Assembly (NCBI RefSeq): GCF_009914755.1 | Contig: NC_060932.1 | From: the human T2T-CHM13v2.0 reference genome, Homo sapiens | DNA: 64,000 nt | Strand: one strand, 5' to 3' | In this document: positions 1-12,790 of the stretch, piece after piece | Numbering within the stretch: position 1 is the first letter of the stretch | Layout: the number at the start of each line of letters is the position of its first letter | Translations under genes and position numbers: made by a program | The notes under the pieces: generated by a model | What the model was told of the DNA's origin: nothing | Seen by the model: only the letters and a program-made list of their open reading frames with translations | Databases searched by the model: none

Positions 1-424
1 TGAGAGGGATGTGCAAACTACCTTGGCATGAAGGAGGTGGGATATTCCCAGACCATGTGTTGCATGAACCAGCAGAGGAGGGGAAGGCCACAATAGTCAA
101 TATACTCTTGGAAATACCTTAGAGGACTGACATATCATTTCTTACTGTATCCAACAGATATTGTTTTCATTACTGAAGCAAGATTGTGTTTCTTCATCTA
201 AGCAGCAGATGAAGAATTGGCTTGAGTTTTGAAGTCATGCTCAACAAATCATGTTCATCTTCAAACTCTAGGCTGAGTGGTAACATGCGTACACTAGGGA
301 AGGAGTGAAGGCTCATAAGGGTAATGACTCCTAGCTCTCAGCCCACCACATCTAAGGGAAGAGAGCGTGTTCATCTAGCACAGCAGGAGTCAGAAAACAC
401 CATTCATTTAAATTGTCGCTTCCT

Positions 425-740
425 GCTGAGCGAGGTGGCTCACACCGGTAATCCCAACCCTTTGGGAGGCCAAGGCTAGAGGATTGCTTGAGCTTGAGCC
501 CAGGAGTTCAGGATCAGCCTGGGCTACATGGCGAGACCCCATCTCTTCAAAAATTTTGTGAAAACTAGCTGGGCAAGGTGGCATATATCTGTGGTCCCCG
601 TGACTCAGGAAGCTGAGGCGGGAGGATCACTTGAGCCAAAGAGGTCAAGGCCGTGGTGCGCTATGATGGCGCCCCTACACGCCAGCCTAAGTGATAGAAA
701 AAGACCCTGTCTCTAGAAGAAACAAATATATAAAGAAAGA
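425..740 (+). mobile_element. Alu SINE, AluJ-type
   Basis: Dimeric Alu with GGATTGCTTGAG...CCCAGGAGTTCA left arm and GGGAGGATCACTTGAGCC right arm (J diagnostics); decayed A tail. Confidence 0.9.
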
Positions 741-959
741 AGCACTTCTTCTCCATATTCCTGTTTCTCTCATTCCAACAGTCTCCCTGCATTTGCCTAT
801 GATGTGATCACAGATGGTGGACACTAGGGTTTCTATTTGGCCTGAGGGAGGGTAGAGAAGGGGGCACAGGGTGGGGACGTGGGAAGTTGACCAAATGTGG
901 CATCGTAATGCATCTCGTTGCCGTGATGGGTCGTTTGGAGACTCTCTTAAGTGCTGGGA

Positions 960-1250
960 ATCTGGGAGAGGATCTGCAGGCCACTCTGTTGGGAGAAGAA
1001 AGGGTGGATTGAGGAGTCATGAGAATGGAGGCAGGGAAACCATTCAGAGACTCAAAAAACCAAGGACAGGGATCTCAGCTAAGAGGGCAATCCCTGGGAA
1101 TAGAAGGGAACGCCCACTTCCACAGATATTTGGGTGGTAAATCTGACAAGGCTTGAGGGCTAGCATGGATTAGAGGTATTAATATAAGAGAAAAAAGAAT
1201 AAAATAACTTCTAGATTCTTGATTTGAGGACCAGGAGAGATGCTGGCCAT
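960..1250 (-). mobile_element. L2 LINE fragment (continues ~1735-1790 after LTR33)
   Basis: Degenerate similarity to antisense L2 (GGAGGCAGGGAAACCA..., ATAACTTCTAGATTCTTGATTTGAG...GCCATT). Confidence 0.45.
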
Positions 1251-1251
1251 T

Positions 1252-1731
1252 ATTGAGTTAGAATTCCTACAAGGAACAAGTGACCTCTCAAATTAGAATA
1301 ACGTGAATTCTTTGTTTGTTGTTGTTATTGTTGTTTTTTACAAGGAGTGCAGTTAGAAAGGTGTTGGCAGGGTGCAGGGCAACTATAAGGGACTGTGTAG
1401 GAGCCTGGGGCTAAGTTCAAAGGTAGGAATTGGTTTTCAGAATCAAGAGGGCAAGTCCTAAAAGGCAGACACCTTATGAAGAGCGCTGGGCTTCAGGTGA
1501 GGGCTCAGCCAGCCCCAGCTGACCTCACAGGGAAGGAGCCAAGGGAGTAAACTCCTGTCTTCACCCTCCTTGCTCCCTCTGATCTCCTGCTGAGACTCTC
1601 AGGAGCATGGACACACACAGCTGGAGACAATGTGCACCTTAGCCTGCAGCTGTGACCCTTGCAGGCAAGGAGGGCAGAGTGGAAGGGGTAGGGAGAGGGT
1701 CTCAGGCCAGGGACAAGGTAAATCCAGCCCA
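1252..1731 (-). mobile_element. LTR33-like ERVL solo LTR
   Basis: AAAGGTGTTGGCAGGGTGCAGGGCAAC..., TCACCCTCCTTGCTCCCTCTGATCTCCTGCTG and terminal ATCCAGCCCA match reverse complement of recalled LTR33 consensus. Confidence 0.6.
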
Positions 1732-2854
1732 GGAGCCTTCACAGAGATTAGGAGATCTGGAGGAAAAGCAGGCTTGAGGGAGAAGACAGCATGGTTAGCT
1801 CCTACGGGAAGGAAAGGCGAAAATTCAGGATCTTCGTTCTAACAAATCCAAGGAACGCTATGGAGTAAAGAAGCATTAAAGGAGCAGCTAGTAAATGCCA
1901 GTCCCTGTTCTAGGACGTTCAGGTAGCCAACCTCATTTCATTCTGAGTAGAATGACTCCAATAAATATTTTTTTCTCCAAAGAAGTTGTGGCAATGAAAA
2001 CGTGACTACTCTGAATTCAGACATCTAGTAAGGATTAAAAGCAGGATTCGAATCCAGGCCTGCCTGGCTTTAAGGAGCGTGCTGTTTCCTATGGGAGAGT
2101 TAATTAATGCTGTGCAAAAGCCAAGAGAGGATGAGAGAGCTGGCGTCCCACTTCTGTGCCTACAATTCTCTGGACAATTTATAAACAATTTCACACACTT
2201 TACCTCCAAGTTCAGATCAATGTCTATCTTCTATGGCTTTTTCATGCAGTGGTTTATTTACCCATCAGCTCCCTACAGACTTGGAAGCCTGTTTGATTAT
2301 GATATTTGGGGGTTCCTGCAGTCACAGGGTTCCAATTAGAACAGAGAGAGGGTGGAGATAGAGGTGTAATGAGAGGGAGGAGTCAAGGACCCTGTGCCAA
2401 GGGCCATACAGGGGCACCAAGTGTACCTTTTGCTGCGGGCTGCTTTGCATTCTGGGCACCTGCGTAGTCTCCTCCCTTCATCCCAGTGGCTGTGGAGAAG
2501 GGCAAGGTGCCCTGTGTGTCTCCTGGAGGTGATCTAAATTGAGCAGAAACCTAGCCTGGTTGGGTAGACGGATTCCAGGCGTGGGCATTGCTTGCTCTTA
2601 TCAGCCTGTAGAGGGACGGAAGGACCACCAAGTGCTGGGAAGGAGAGAGCTATTCTCCCCGTGGCATTGTGGCAGAATACTTGGAAGTGACCCTTTTTGC
2701 CCCATGGGAGTAGAAATTATATTTGGTTGCTTGTTATGATCTTTTCTGTATGGTTTTTCCTCTTCAGTTTTAGAAGTTAACACTTTTTTAAAAACTCTCC
2801 TCTTTGTTTCCTTTTCTACTTTTTCCTCTTCCTCCTTTCTTTTTTTAAAATTAG

Positions 2855-3007
2855 TTTTTAGAGATGGGGTCTCGCTCTGTCCCCCAGGCTGGAGTATAGT
2901 GGTGCCATCATAGCTCACTGCAGCCTCGAACTCCTGGCCTCAAGCGATGCTCCCTCCTTGGCCTCCCAATGCACTGGGATTACAGGTGTAAGCCACCACA
3001 CCTGGCC
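2855..3007 (-). mobile_element. Alu monomer (FRAM-like or left/right-arm hybrid)
   Basis: ~150 bp single Alu unit: left-arm-like 5' end joined to right-arm-like GCTGCAGTGAGCTATGAT 3' end. Confidence 0.85.
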
Positions 3008-4216
3008 TTTCTTCCTTTTTTCTCTCCTCCTCCTAATATTCTTAGATTCCACTATCTGCACCTGTGTAATAGTTTCTAAATCTATAAAATCTAAGCACTT
3101 TGCCAAAACCTACTGAGTTTTTCATAATTTTGGGTCCCCAGGAAAGGAGAATTCAGATTACTGTCACTAAGCTGTCAGCCCCCAGCAGTGAGAGCAGCCA
3201 CACTGAATAACGTAAACAGAAGCACAGAGGCCATCACCCAGAAGAGCGCTCTAGGGAGCCTCTCAGAGATTAAAATTATGCCACTGGTCAGTGAAGGACA
3301 AAAGGCAGGGACTGAGTGGGAATGGAGAAAGGCAGTGTGGTGGCAGAGTGCTAGGAAACAAGCTTTTCCACCTCATGGGGGAAGAGAGTTCAGTGATGAG
3401 GGAAAGCTGCTCAGAAATCACTTTGGGGTCCATAGATCCTTGAAGGTGGCACCCAGAGGGCCTCCCTGAGGCAGGCTGGAGAGGGTTTTCTGCCCAGTGA
3501 TCTCATTTAGGGCATGTTAGGGACCCAAACAAGCTTGAGCAAGGAGGGAGCTTACCCCAGTGGCAGGGTGGAGGTGAGACATTGCAGTTTCCATGGGTTT
3601 CCTGAGAGCTGGGGAGCTGCAAACTGAAGCATGTGCCGCCGGGCCTCGAATGTCATCAGAGAAAAGAATACGTGTTCTGCTAAGACAGGTGAAGGAAATG
3701 TGTTTCATAGCCACATTTAACTAGCAATTATCAGTGTCTATTTCCAGTCTGTGCTCTTGGCATTTGATATAGTATTTTCTGATCATTTCACTTCTTAATA
3801 TTACATTGTGATAAGAATGATTGTCCATAGTTCAGATATTCTCGGGAGTGTAGAGATAGGGCTGAGAAATGCTTATGGGCAATCGTCTATGAAACCAATC
3901 ACCTGGAGAAATGCATGTCACAAAGCTCCTGATTCAGATGTTACATACTTCTGGCATCTTTTAAAGGGGAAGAGAAGAGAAATGTCTCTCTTCCTCCTAT
4001 TACAAACCTCTTGTCACTGTGTAAGATGCACCAAGCTCCCCTCCTTTCATATAATTCTCATACCTGTTGGATGAGTATACATGAAGATAATTTCCAGAAA
4101 AATCAGCCTTGCTGATTTGGTTCATCATTACCAACCACCTTGTGCCACTCGGCAGACAGTACTTAAGATCCAGGCAAAATGGAAATAAAATTTCTCCCTA
4201 GAAGCTACAAGTTGTT

Positions 4217-4468
4217 GCCAGGTGTGGTGGCTCTCGCCTATAATCCCAGTACTTTGGGAGGCCAAGGTGGCAGGATCACTTGAGGCCAGGAGTTCAAGAT
4301 CAGCTTGGGCAACACAGCAAGACCTTGTTGCTAAGAAAAAAAAAAAAAAAAAAAAAAAAAAAGCAGCAGAGACCTATAGTCCCAGCTACTTGGGAGGCTA
4401 AGGCAGGAGGATTACTTGGATCAGTAGTACAAGGCTGCAGTGAGCCATGACTGCACCACTGCACTCCT
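4217..4468 (+). mobile_element. AluJ-type, expanded central A tract, 3' truncated
   Basis: Left arm, ~27 A linker, partial right arm ending at GCACTCC. Confidence 0.85.
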
Positions 4469-5580
4469 CCAGATTATGAGTTCTTTGTCCTAGGAAATTA
4501 TGTTCCTGCGTGTTTTGGTTTCAGTGCTTTAGCCACCACCTGAAGATACTGTATATTTTCGAAACTTAATATTTTTTTCCACACCAGCCAGGTTGAAAAG
4601 TTTAAGTTGCTTTCTGGAAACAGTTATCTACCCTGCCATCCTCCTTCCCATGCTTTGTTTCTCATAGGTTTTGTCTGTCAAGCTGTATCTGACAAGCCTC
4701 ACATCATAGGGTATGAACTCTCCCAGCCTGAATGGTTGAGACTTGCTGGGGTTGAGAGAAAGTCCTCTCTGGCCTCGGTCTGATATCTTTCATCAGAGGA
4801 TGAGCCAAGATTGAACATGGAGGCCAAGGGCCCTGGAACGTGAAATGCCTTGGATGATCTGGAGGAGAAGCTGCAGTGGCCAGGACAGCACCTGCCAGAC
4901 TGCTGTGTCTCTGTGCCCAGCCTGGTGGCTGGGGGCGTGCTCCTTGTGTTTCTCTGTGACCCCTGCCTCCCTCAGCACCTTTCAGAGTTGGGCTCCTGGA
5001 GATGCATTTCCTGAATGAATGGCACCAGAGGCCTTAAGTGAGGGATGCCCTTGTCTTGGCTCCTGTTTACCCCATCTCTTATTTCTCCCCAGAAGCTCCT
5101 TGGGGCTACCTCATGTCTTCCCTGGGCTCCATTTACCAACCTAGCCTGCCCTCTCAGGTACCTTCCCAAAATTCAGGTGGTCTGGACTCTCTCTTTTCTT
5201 TCAAAGCTCACTTTCTATATTTGTTTCCTATTGATGTCACAAAAAATGAACACAGATTTAGTAGCTGAAAAGACAACAAATTTATTCTCTTTTAGTTCCG
5301 TAGGTTAGACATCCAACACTAGCCTCATGGGGCTAAAATCAAGCTATCGGTAGGACTGTCTGTGCTCCTTTCTGGATGCCCTAGGGAAGAACTTGCTTCC
5401 TTGCCTTTTCCAGCTTCTAGGAAGCATCAATGCACGCTGGCTCCTGGCCTCTTCCTTCATCTTCAGAGCCAGCAGAAGCAGGTTGCATCCTTCTCACACA
5501 ACATTATTCTGACCTTGCTTCTGCTTCACAGAGCATTCTCTGACTCTCCTATTCTGCCTCCTCCCTCTACTTAAAAAAAA

Positions 5581-6284
5581 TTGTTTGCATAAATTTAAGG
5601 GGTACAAGTGTAGTTTTGTTACATGGATATATTATGTAAAATTTGGGCTTTTAGTGTAATTGTCACCCAAATAATGTACACTGTACTCACTATGTAATTT
5701 CTCATCCCTCAACTCTTCTACCCTCTCACCCATCCTAGTCATCAATGTCTATTATTCCACTCTTTCTGTCTGTGTATACATTATGTAGCTTCCACTTATA
5801 AGTGAGAATGTGTGATATTTGTAACTTTCTGTTTGTGAGTTATTTTAATTAATAGCCCACATTTCTATCCATGTTGCTGCAAAAGAATGATTTTGATGCA
5901 GGATTTTTTTCTCCTTATTTCAGATAAATCTAGGTTCTTGTCTCATAACCAGGAAAAATTAGACATGCCGACAAATTGAAAGGTGAGCAGGGTGGAATTG
6001 ATTAAGTGAAACGAAAGTTCTCAACAAAAAGAGAGGTCTTGCACACAGGTTTCCACCTCACAAATTGAATACCAGGCCACACACGTAAGTTGAAGAGGCC
6101 AGGCTCCTCCCTTGCATAAGGCACATATTTCTGGTGGCTCCACTCTATTCTCCCAGTCCATGTGGGGTATCCCCCTGTGCAGGTTCCCCTATCTGCCCAG
6201 GTATCTGTCTGCCTCCTGCCCCTCTATCAATTTCATCCTTTTTTATGGCTGAATAGTATTCCATTTTGTATATATACCATATTT
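5581..6284 (-). mobile_element. L1PB-type LINE-1 3' end (5581-5893 + 6230-6284)
   Basis: GCATAAATTTAAGGGGTACAAGTG...CCACTTATAAGTGAGAA...TTTTTATGGCTGAATAGTATTCC typical L1PB 3' UTR antisense. Confidence 0.8.
5894..6229 (-). mobile_element. ERV1 solo LTR, MER61-like
   Basis: TG...CA termini (TGATGCAGG...CTCTATCA), perfect 4-bp TSD ATTT (5890-5893/6230-6233); interrupts L1 cleanly. Confidence 0.75.
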
Positions 6285-6297
6285 TACGGGGTCCACC

Positions 6298-6985
6298 TGT
6301 AACCAGCAGCTTAGCAGCTGAGCCACAAACTGCATTTTGAACTTTTTTTCCTTCTTCTTGCCCTTTTCCTCTCCCTACCCCAAGTCTCAACATCATAACT
6401 TTGAAACCAGCTGCATGTATGTTACCTCTTATGTTAAAATACAACCTTGGACTGTGCTGTGACCCCCTACTCCCTTTCCTTCCCCCTGCTATGCTCACAT
6501 GCCTTATGCATATTTATTTACCTAAGTGCTTGTTAAACACACACCATGTTCTCTTATCTGGTCATATATTTCCTTAGAAGCTTTAGGAGTCAGATCCTGA
6601 TAGAGACCAGACACTGCTGGAATTCTCACTCCAACAAAAGATTACTTCAAGGTCGGAACCCAAACCTGGGTGAAGAATAACTCACTTATAACCTGGCAGG
6701 ATCCATGATGGTGCCAGCCCCTTCACCAAATGTGACCATAATTCAAAAGGATCACACAGCAAGTCATACCACCTGGCACCTCTGAGCCCCCCTTGCCTCT
6801 TCTGCATTCCAGACCCTGCTTTAAAAACCCCTGTGTTCCCACCACAGATTGAAGGTGGAATTGTTTACTGCTCTTCCTCTGCTAGCATAGAGAATAAAGG
6901 AAAATGTCGCTCCCTCTTATCACTGGTTATTATATTTGACTTCTTTCTACAAGCATTGAGCACCCTGACCCTTTTGCTAGTTACA
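6298..6985 (+). mobile_element. ERV1 (MER4-group) solo LTR, subfamily unresolved
   Basis: TGTAACC...GTTACA inverted termini, 4-bp TSD CACC (6294-6297/6986-6989), TTTAAAA TATA-like box and AATAAA ~6893. Confidence 0.8.
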
Positions 6986-7208
6986 CACCTGATGTGTCTC
7001 CATCTCAAGGGTCCTTAACTTAAGGACATTGGCAAAGTGCTTTCTGCTATGTGAGGTAACATGTGCACAGGTGCCAAGGACTCTGATGTGAACACCCATG
7101 GGGTGCTGCATTTTGCCCAACTCCCCCTTCCTGGCTCTCATTCTTTCAGAAATTTCCAGAAGTCTAACACTAATTTGATATACTAATTCACAATCAGGAA
7201 TGAATGGA

Positions 7209-7614
7209 TGTGTTAGGCCCTTCTTTTGCATTTCTGTAAAGAAATACCTGAGGCTGAGTAATAAACAAAGAAAAGAGGTTTAATGGGCTCACAGTCCTGC
7301 AGGCTGTACAAGAAGCATGGTGCTGGCACCTGCTTGGCTTCTGGGGAGGCCTTGGGGAGCTTTTGCTTATGGCAGAAGAGGAAGCAGGAGCAGGCACATC
7401 ACAGCAAGAGGGAAAACAAGGGGCCTGGGAGGTGCTGCACACTGTTAAACAACCAGATCTTGCAAGAACACACTCACCTTCTTGAGGACAGCATCAAGCC
7501 ATTCATGAGGGATCTTCCCCTGTAACAAAAATACCTCCCATCAGGCCCCACCTCCAACACTGGGAATAACATTTCAACATGAGATTTGAAGGGGACAAAT
7601 ATCCGAATCATACA
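7209..7614 (-). mobile_element. MSTB-like MaLR solo LTR
   Basis: AAGAAATACCTGAGGCTG...CAGGCCCCACCTCCAACACTGGG...CATGAGATTTG; TSD (A)ATGGA at 7203-7208 and 7615-7620. Confidence 0.85.
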
Positions 7615-9189
7615 AATGGATTGATATACTACTCTCCCTCCCCCACCACACACACATTATGTTTACATTTTAGCTGCTGCCTGCAATGTCTAACCCTGGG
7701 GTAGTTAGCCATGCAAGAGGCTGAGGCATTGTGCTGGTCCTGGAGGAAGTGTCATTTCTGTTTGGGGTAAAGAGAACCTTCCAACCTTTCGAGTCACAAT
7801 ATAGAGGCATGGCTTGGTCTGCCTAAGGTCAGAAACGTTGTCCTACAGGTCCTTTATCAGAGCACGTATCTTTGGATCCAGAGTGAGCATGATAAGCTAG
7901 GGCAGAGCAGCAGCATCATTGAAAAGCAGGTACTGTTACTTCCCTATACCAAATGCCTGCTGCATCAAGTCATCAGAAAAAAAAGGTTTTCCATATGGCA
8001 TTAATTTACAGGGAAGAATACATCCTTCTGCACTTTGTATCTCTTCTAGTGAGGTATCTAGAGATACCCTGAAGGTAAATTGCAGTAGATGCTTTTGATC
8101 TACTTACATTTAGGAAATACATGCACATGCAGGCACCCACACACTCATGCTCCCTCATTCACACCTGCACATCTGTGAACATGGGTGCTCCATGGGGACC
8201 ATAGGGCAATGAGCACAAGCCACTCAAACTCGGCAAATTCAGTACCAGACCCTCCTTTTCTGCCTCTGGTACCTTGCAGTGAGAATGCCCAGTTCAGGAG
8301 GTAAAAAGTGTTCAACCTTTGCAGAAGGTTTACAGGCAAAGCAAGGCTATCGATTGTCCCATGATGAGAAAATGAAGAAGGATGTGGCGCATTTTGCGAT
8401 ATCAATCCGACCTATTAGCAACAGTGGCAGGTCACTCCATCCTCCCCAAATCTTCTTCATGTTCTAAGCACCATGGGCAAAAAGGAAGTAGAGCTTGGGT
8501 GAAAGATTCCTTTTTTAGGAAGAGCAATGTGTGTGTAACAGAGAGAGGAGAGAGAGACAGACAGAGCAAGAAAAAGAAAGAACAGGAGATAGAAAAAGAG
8601 CTAGAGAGAGACACAGAGAGAAGCATTTCTAATGGGGTAGACAACAGCATTGATCAACTTTAAGCTAGGAAAACAGGCAGTTCAGTTATGACCTGCCAAG
8701 ATGCTAAGGTCATAAATTCTTGAGAACTCGAATTGAAGAATAAGTAGTTGTCTGAACGAATAGCATGAAGAGACAGAACAATCTTTCAGAGGCACAAGAT
8801 ACTGGTCTTCACAGCTAGATTTCCTTGGCTTTTGGAAGACCCTGTTCTTTCCTTTACCAATTGTCATGCATGAAATTCCACTATTAGAGACTGATCCTGG
8901 GAAAAGGGAAAGTCTAAATTTTGCAGGAAGATCCCATTTTAAAGGAAAAATAGTACTTCTTGGATGGGGAACCTGATCGTACTAAATATTAATGTTATCA
9001 GAGATGATTTTTAATGAGGAGAAAGTGGCTGGGGGTGAGGAGGTAGAGATTTTGGAGAACAATGAATAGATAGTGAAAAACCCAGACAGAATTAGGAAAG
9101 AGAGAGGTGATACAGAAAAAGCAAAGTTAACTATGAGGCTGGACGGGGAGACCAAATAGAATAAGGGCTTTGTCACAAACACCAGGATT

Positions 9190-9365
9190 TGTGTCTTGGT
9201 TCTGCCTCCTGGGAGCTATGGCCTATAAGTTTCTTACCCTCTGAAATACTGTCATGCAAATATCGTGTTCCAGAAATTAGACATAAAGCTCTGGTTGTTG
9301 TAGAGGTTTGAGTTAATGTCTATGAAGTACAGTGTCTGGTGCATACTAGGTGCCAGATAACTCCC
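9190..9365 (+). mobile_element. MIR SINE fragment
   Basis: Degenerate MIR core and 3' end (GGTTGTTGTAGAGG...CAGTGTCTGGTGCATA). Confidence 0.5.
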
Positions 9366-9379
9366 TGTTACTGCCCTTG

Positions 9380-10169
9380 TGTTATAGAACTGAACTGGGA
9401 TCTGCTTGCCCATTGCAGTAAGACCAGATATCCATTCCAATGTTTGCAATGGGAAAAAGGAAGGTGTTTTTCCCAGGGTGCCAGGCAAGGAGGACCAGGA
9501 AGCTAACATTCTAATTCTGACTTCCCTGGTGGCTCTCAGGTAAGGGTTTTTAAAGGCAGGGGTATACTTCAGGAAAGCAGAAGTTACAGGCAAAATCATA
9601 AATCAATACATGGAGGGTACATGTTGCTTTTGGCCTAAAAGAGTGGGGTATCTTGAGGTGGAGGCTTTTACAAATCATAGGTAGATTGGAAGATTTTCTG
9701 ATAGCAACTGGCTAAGACAGAAAAGCTTTGTTCAAAAATTTGGGATCAGCAGAAAGGAATGTTAGCTCCAGTTTGTGAATGCAACTCCCTCCAGGCCCCT
9801 CAAGAAGAACTTTAGAACAAAGAAAGGTGGTCAGAGTCCCATCTTCAGAACCCCCTTTTCTGAGGTCTGTGTGCCAGCAGATCTGTTTGCTGGGAGTCTT
9901 TGGTGGCGGTCCAGGCTCCTGAAAAACAACTCAGGGACATATGTCAAGATGTTACCTTTAGTTTCTATAGGGGAACCAAACCTCTTATGACTCTAACTTC
10001 TTTGGCTATTGTTTTAAGTTACTATTACCTTTTGCTTATCAAGCTACTCATTTACTTCTCAGGACTAGCTGGGTGCCTGGAATTTCCCTTGAAGGAACTC
10101 AGTATTTTCCTTTATTTCCATGCTTGGGGACCCACGGGCCCCTAAAAACAGGGTCCCTGCTCCATCTAA
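9380..10169 (-). mobile_element. ERV1 solo LTR, MER39-like
   Basis: CTGAAAAACAACTCAGGGACATATG...GCCTGGAATTTCCCTTGAAGGAACTC...GGGTCCCTGCTCC; 4-bp TSD CTTG (9376-9379/10170-10173). Confidence 0.8.
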
Positions 10170-10637
10170 CTTGAGGAGGAGATTATGGATGCTCTAAAAG
10201 CCAGGCAGGGTAGGTGGGGAAGGTTGGCGCTGAGTGTCTGATCTTGTCAGCAGGTCACATACTTTCATTGTGTCCCATCCCACTCCAAGCAGCCCCCAAA
10301 AATGGCAAATTAGGATGCTATTCCATGGACGAAGCATGGACCAGGACAAGACATCACTTTAGGAATTCTCTCTTCCTTATCCTGATTCATTTCTCTGTCT
10401 CTTTAGATCTTTCCCAACGTCATGGAAACACGCTGTTATTTACTCACCTAAAACATATTTATCTTGACCTTTGGTTCATTCCCCACTTTCTGCCCCACTG
10501 TTTTGCTCCTCTTTGCAGCAAAACTCCCAGAAAGACTTTTCTCTTGCTGTCGGAAACCCCTCTCATCCTGTCCCCCTTGAGGGTACTCTCAAGAGGCATT
10601 TCCCTCTCCCCCAACTCTGCTGAAAAAGTGCTTGTCC

Positions 10638-11245
10638 TGTAACCCAAAAGCAGGTTAGTTGCTCATCGCATGTACAGTTTAATTAATAAGAAAGAGGTCT
10701 GATTTTAAAAATTTAAAAAATGAATTTATTCAGAAGCTAGTTTGGAGGAAGGGGCACAAAGTATCCTGTCTTTAAATGTGCCTCGTCACCTTTGGAGCAG
10801 AAAACAGTTATTTTTATAAGATAGGGGAGGAAATGAGTAAGGACAGGGGTACCTCAGTTAGCTTGGTGTCTTGTCTATCGGACAGTTGAGCTGGTGCTTT
10901 CCTGGGCAGAAGAAAGTTTTAAAATTGGCCAAGCAGGTGGACAAAAGTTCCGAGTCAACCCAGGAAGGATGGAAGTTTCCAGGCAAACCCCTGGAGGTGA
11001 AAGTTCCATGGCAGGTATGCTTTGTTCTGCAAACTGACTGTCGACAGATCAAGGAGAGATCTGCAGGAGTACATAATTAGAAAAACTTGCCCTGGAGGTA
11101 ATGTCTGGTGAAACAGAGGTGTAAGGTTATATTTGCATTTTTGAAAAGCTAAATAGGAAACAGGGAGCTGGGAAAATGAGAAAGTAGAGAGACAGAGCAA
11201 AAAATAATTAAACCACCTCTAAAAAAATGAGGAGACTTAGTTAGA
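10638..11245 (-). mobile_element. ERV1 solo LTR (LTR29/LTR24-like, MER4 group)
   Basis: TGTAACC...GTTAGA (decayed GTTACA) termini with 4-bp TSD GTCC (10634-10637/11246-11249); splits L2. Confidence 0.75.
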
Positions 11246-11580
11246 GTCCCAGACACCAATAATTTCCATGTTGCTAACTCCACAGCTCAGCTGTCAGTCT
11301 GCATCTTATTTGACACATTGGGTGCATTTGATGCAGAGATCACACTCTCCCCCTTGATCACACTCCCTCCCTTGTTCTTCTCTTAGCTTCCTGGATTTCA
11401 TAGTTTCTGCTCCTGGTCCTATCTCACAGGCTATTTCTTTGTAGTGGCCTTTGCTAGTTCTTCCTCTTCTTCCAAACCTTTTCATGAGGAAGAGTCCCAG
11501 ACTCAGTTCTTTTTCTTCTCCTGGCTGCTTACTTTTACTGCCTTAGTGATCATACCTAGCCTCAGGCTTTACATACAATC

Positions 11581-11974
11581 TGTGCTGCTGATTCATTCTT
11601 TTGCCTTGTACCTTCAGATTCTTCCTCCAGCCTCCTCGGCCTAGTTCATGCCACAGGAAGCTAAGGCTGCAGATCACGCTACCCAGGCCCCCGTGCCAAC
11701 TGGCTCCTGTCTGCTCTGCCCATAGACAGAAACTGCAGGAGCGGGAGTTTTCCAGGGTTCTAACTCTCACTGCTTCAGACACACTGTTCCCTCTCGGCTT
11801 CTTCAACCCGAAACGTGGTAATGGCTTTTCCACCTCTGCTGTTCGCTGGGTGCCCACCATTCCTTGTAAATCCCTTCTATCCTGCCAACATCCCTTTAGA
11901 CAGCCCCTGGTTTGATTCTTTTCCGTTGGAGCTTTTGAATGTGTCCCTGTTTCTGCAGGAGCTGGCCTGATAAC
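11581..11974 (+). mobile_element. LTR33-like ERVL solo LTR
   Basis: TGTGCTG start, GTGGTAATGGCT...CACCATTCCTTGT...CCTGCCAACA, ends CTGATAAC. Confidence 0.6.
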
Positions 11975-12487
11975 GCTAGCTGTGTGCAGATGACTCCGGG
12001 GCCTGCAGCGTCCGCTCTGATGCTCAGACTTCTCTTCTAAACTCCAGAGTCATGGATCAAATGGAATACTTAAAAACTTCCTTTGGGTGCCTAATAGTTA
12101 TTTCACATATCACGTGTTTCAACGGGAGCATCTGATATTGACCCCAAACCTACTAATTTCTTTGTCTTCCCCTTCTCAGTAGAGACAACACCATCCTTTC
12201 AGATGTTCATTCCCAAATTCCTAGGCATCTCTGACTCACTCCTCTCCTTCTCTCTCACCCTGCATCCTACATCAAACCCATCAAGGAAACATATTGGTTC
12301 TAACCTTAAACGAAATGCAGAATTTGAGCAATTTTCCTCTCATGTCCATTACTGCTACCTCAGGGCAAGCCGCCGTCCTTTTTTGCCTGGACATTGTGAT
12401 GACCTCATTATGATGGGTTTCCTTGCTTTCTCTCTTGTCTCTCAACGGCACAACAGCCAGAGAAATTCTTTGCAAAAAGTAAGCTCA

Positions 12488-12790
12488 GGCCAGGCACAAT
12501 GGCTCATGCATGTAATTTCAACACTGTGGAAGTCCCAGGCAGGAGGATGGCTTGAGGCTAGGAGTTTGAAACTAGCCTGGAAAACACAGTGAGAACCCAT
12601 CTATACAAAAAATGTAAAAAATTACCCAGGCGTGATGGAGCATGCCTGCAGTCCTAGCTGCTCAGGAGGCTGAGGCAGGAGGATTGCTTGAGCCCAGGAG
12701 GTCAAATCTGCAATGAGGACTGATCACCACAACTGCACTCCAGCCTGGGCAACGAAGTGAGACCATATCTTATTTAAACAAAAAAGAAGA
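12488..12790 (+). mobile_element. AluJ-type
   Basis: Full dimer with GGAGGATTGCTTGAGCCCAGGAGG. Confidence 0.9.

Larger units (their letters stand above)
5216..7120 (-). mobile_element. MLT1 (MLT1D-like) MaLR LTR, split into 5216-5572, ~6285-6297 and 6986-7120 by nested insertions
   Basis: GGGCTAAAATCAAG, CCTTGCCTTTTCCAGCTTCTAG, and after the insertions CCATCTCAAGGGTCCTTAACTT...GTGAGGTAACAT continue one MLT1 consensus. Confidence 0.7.
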
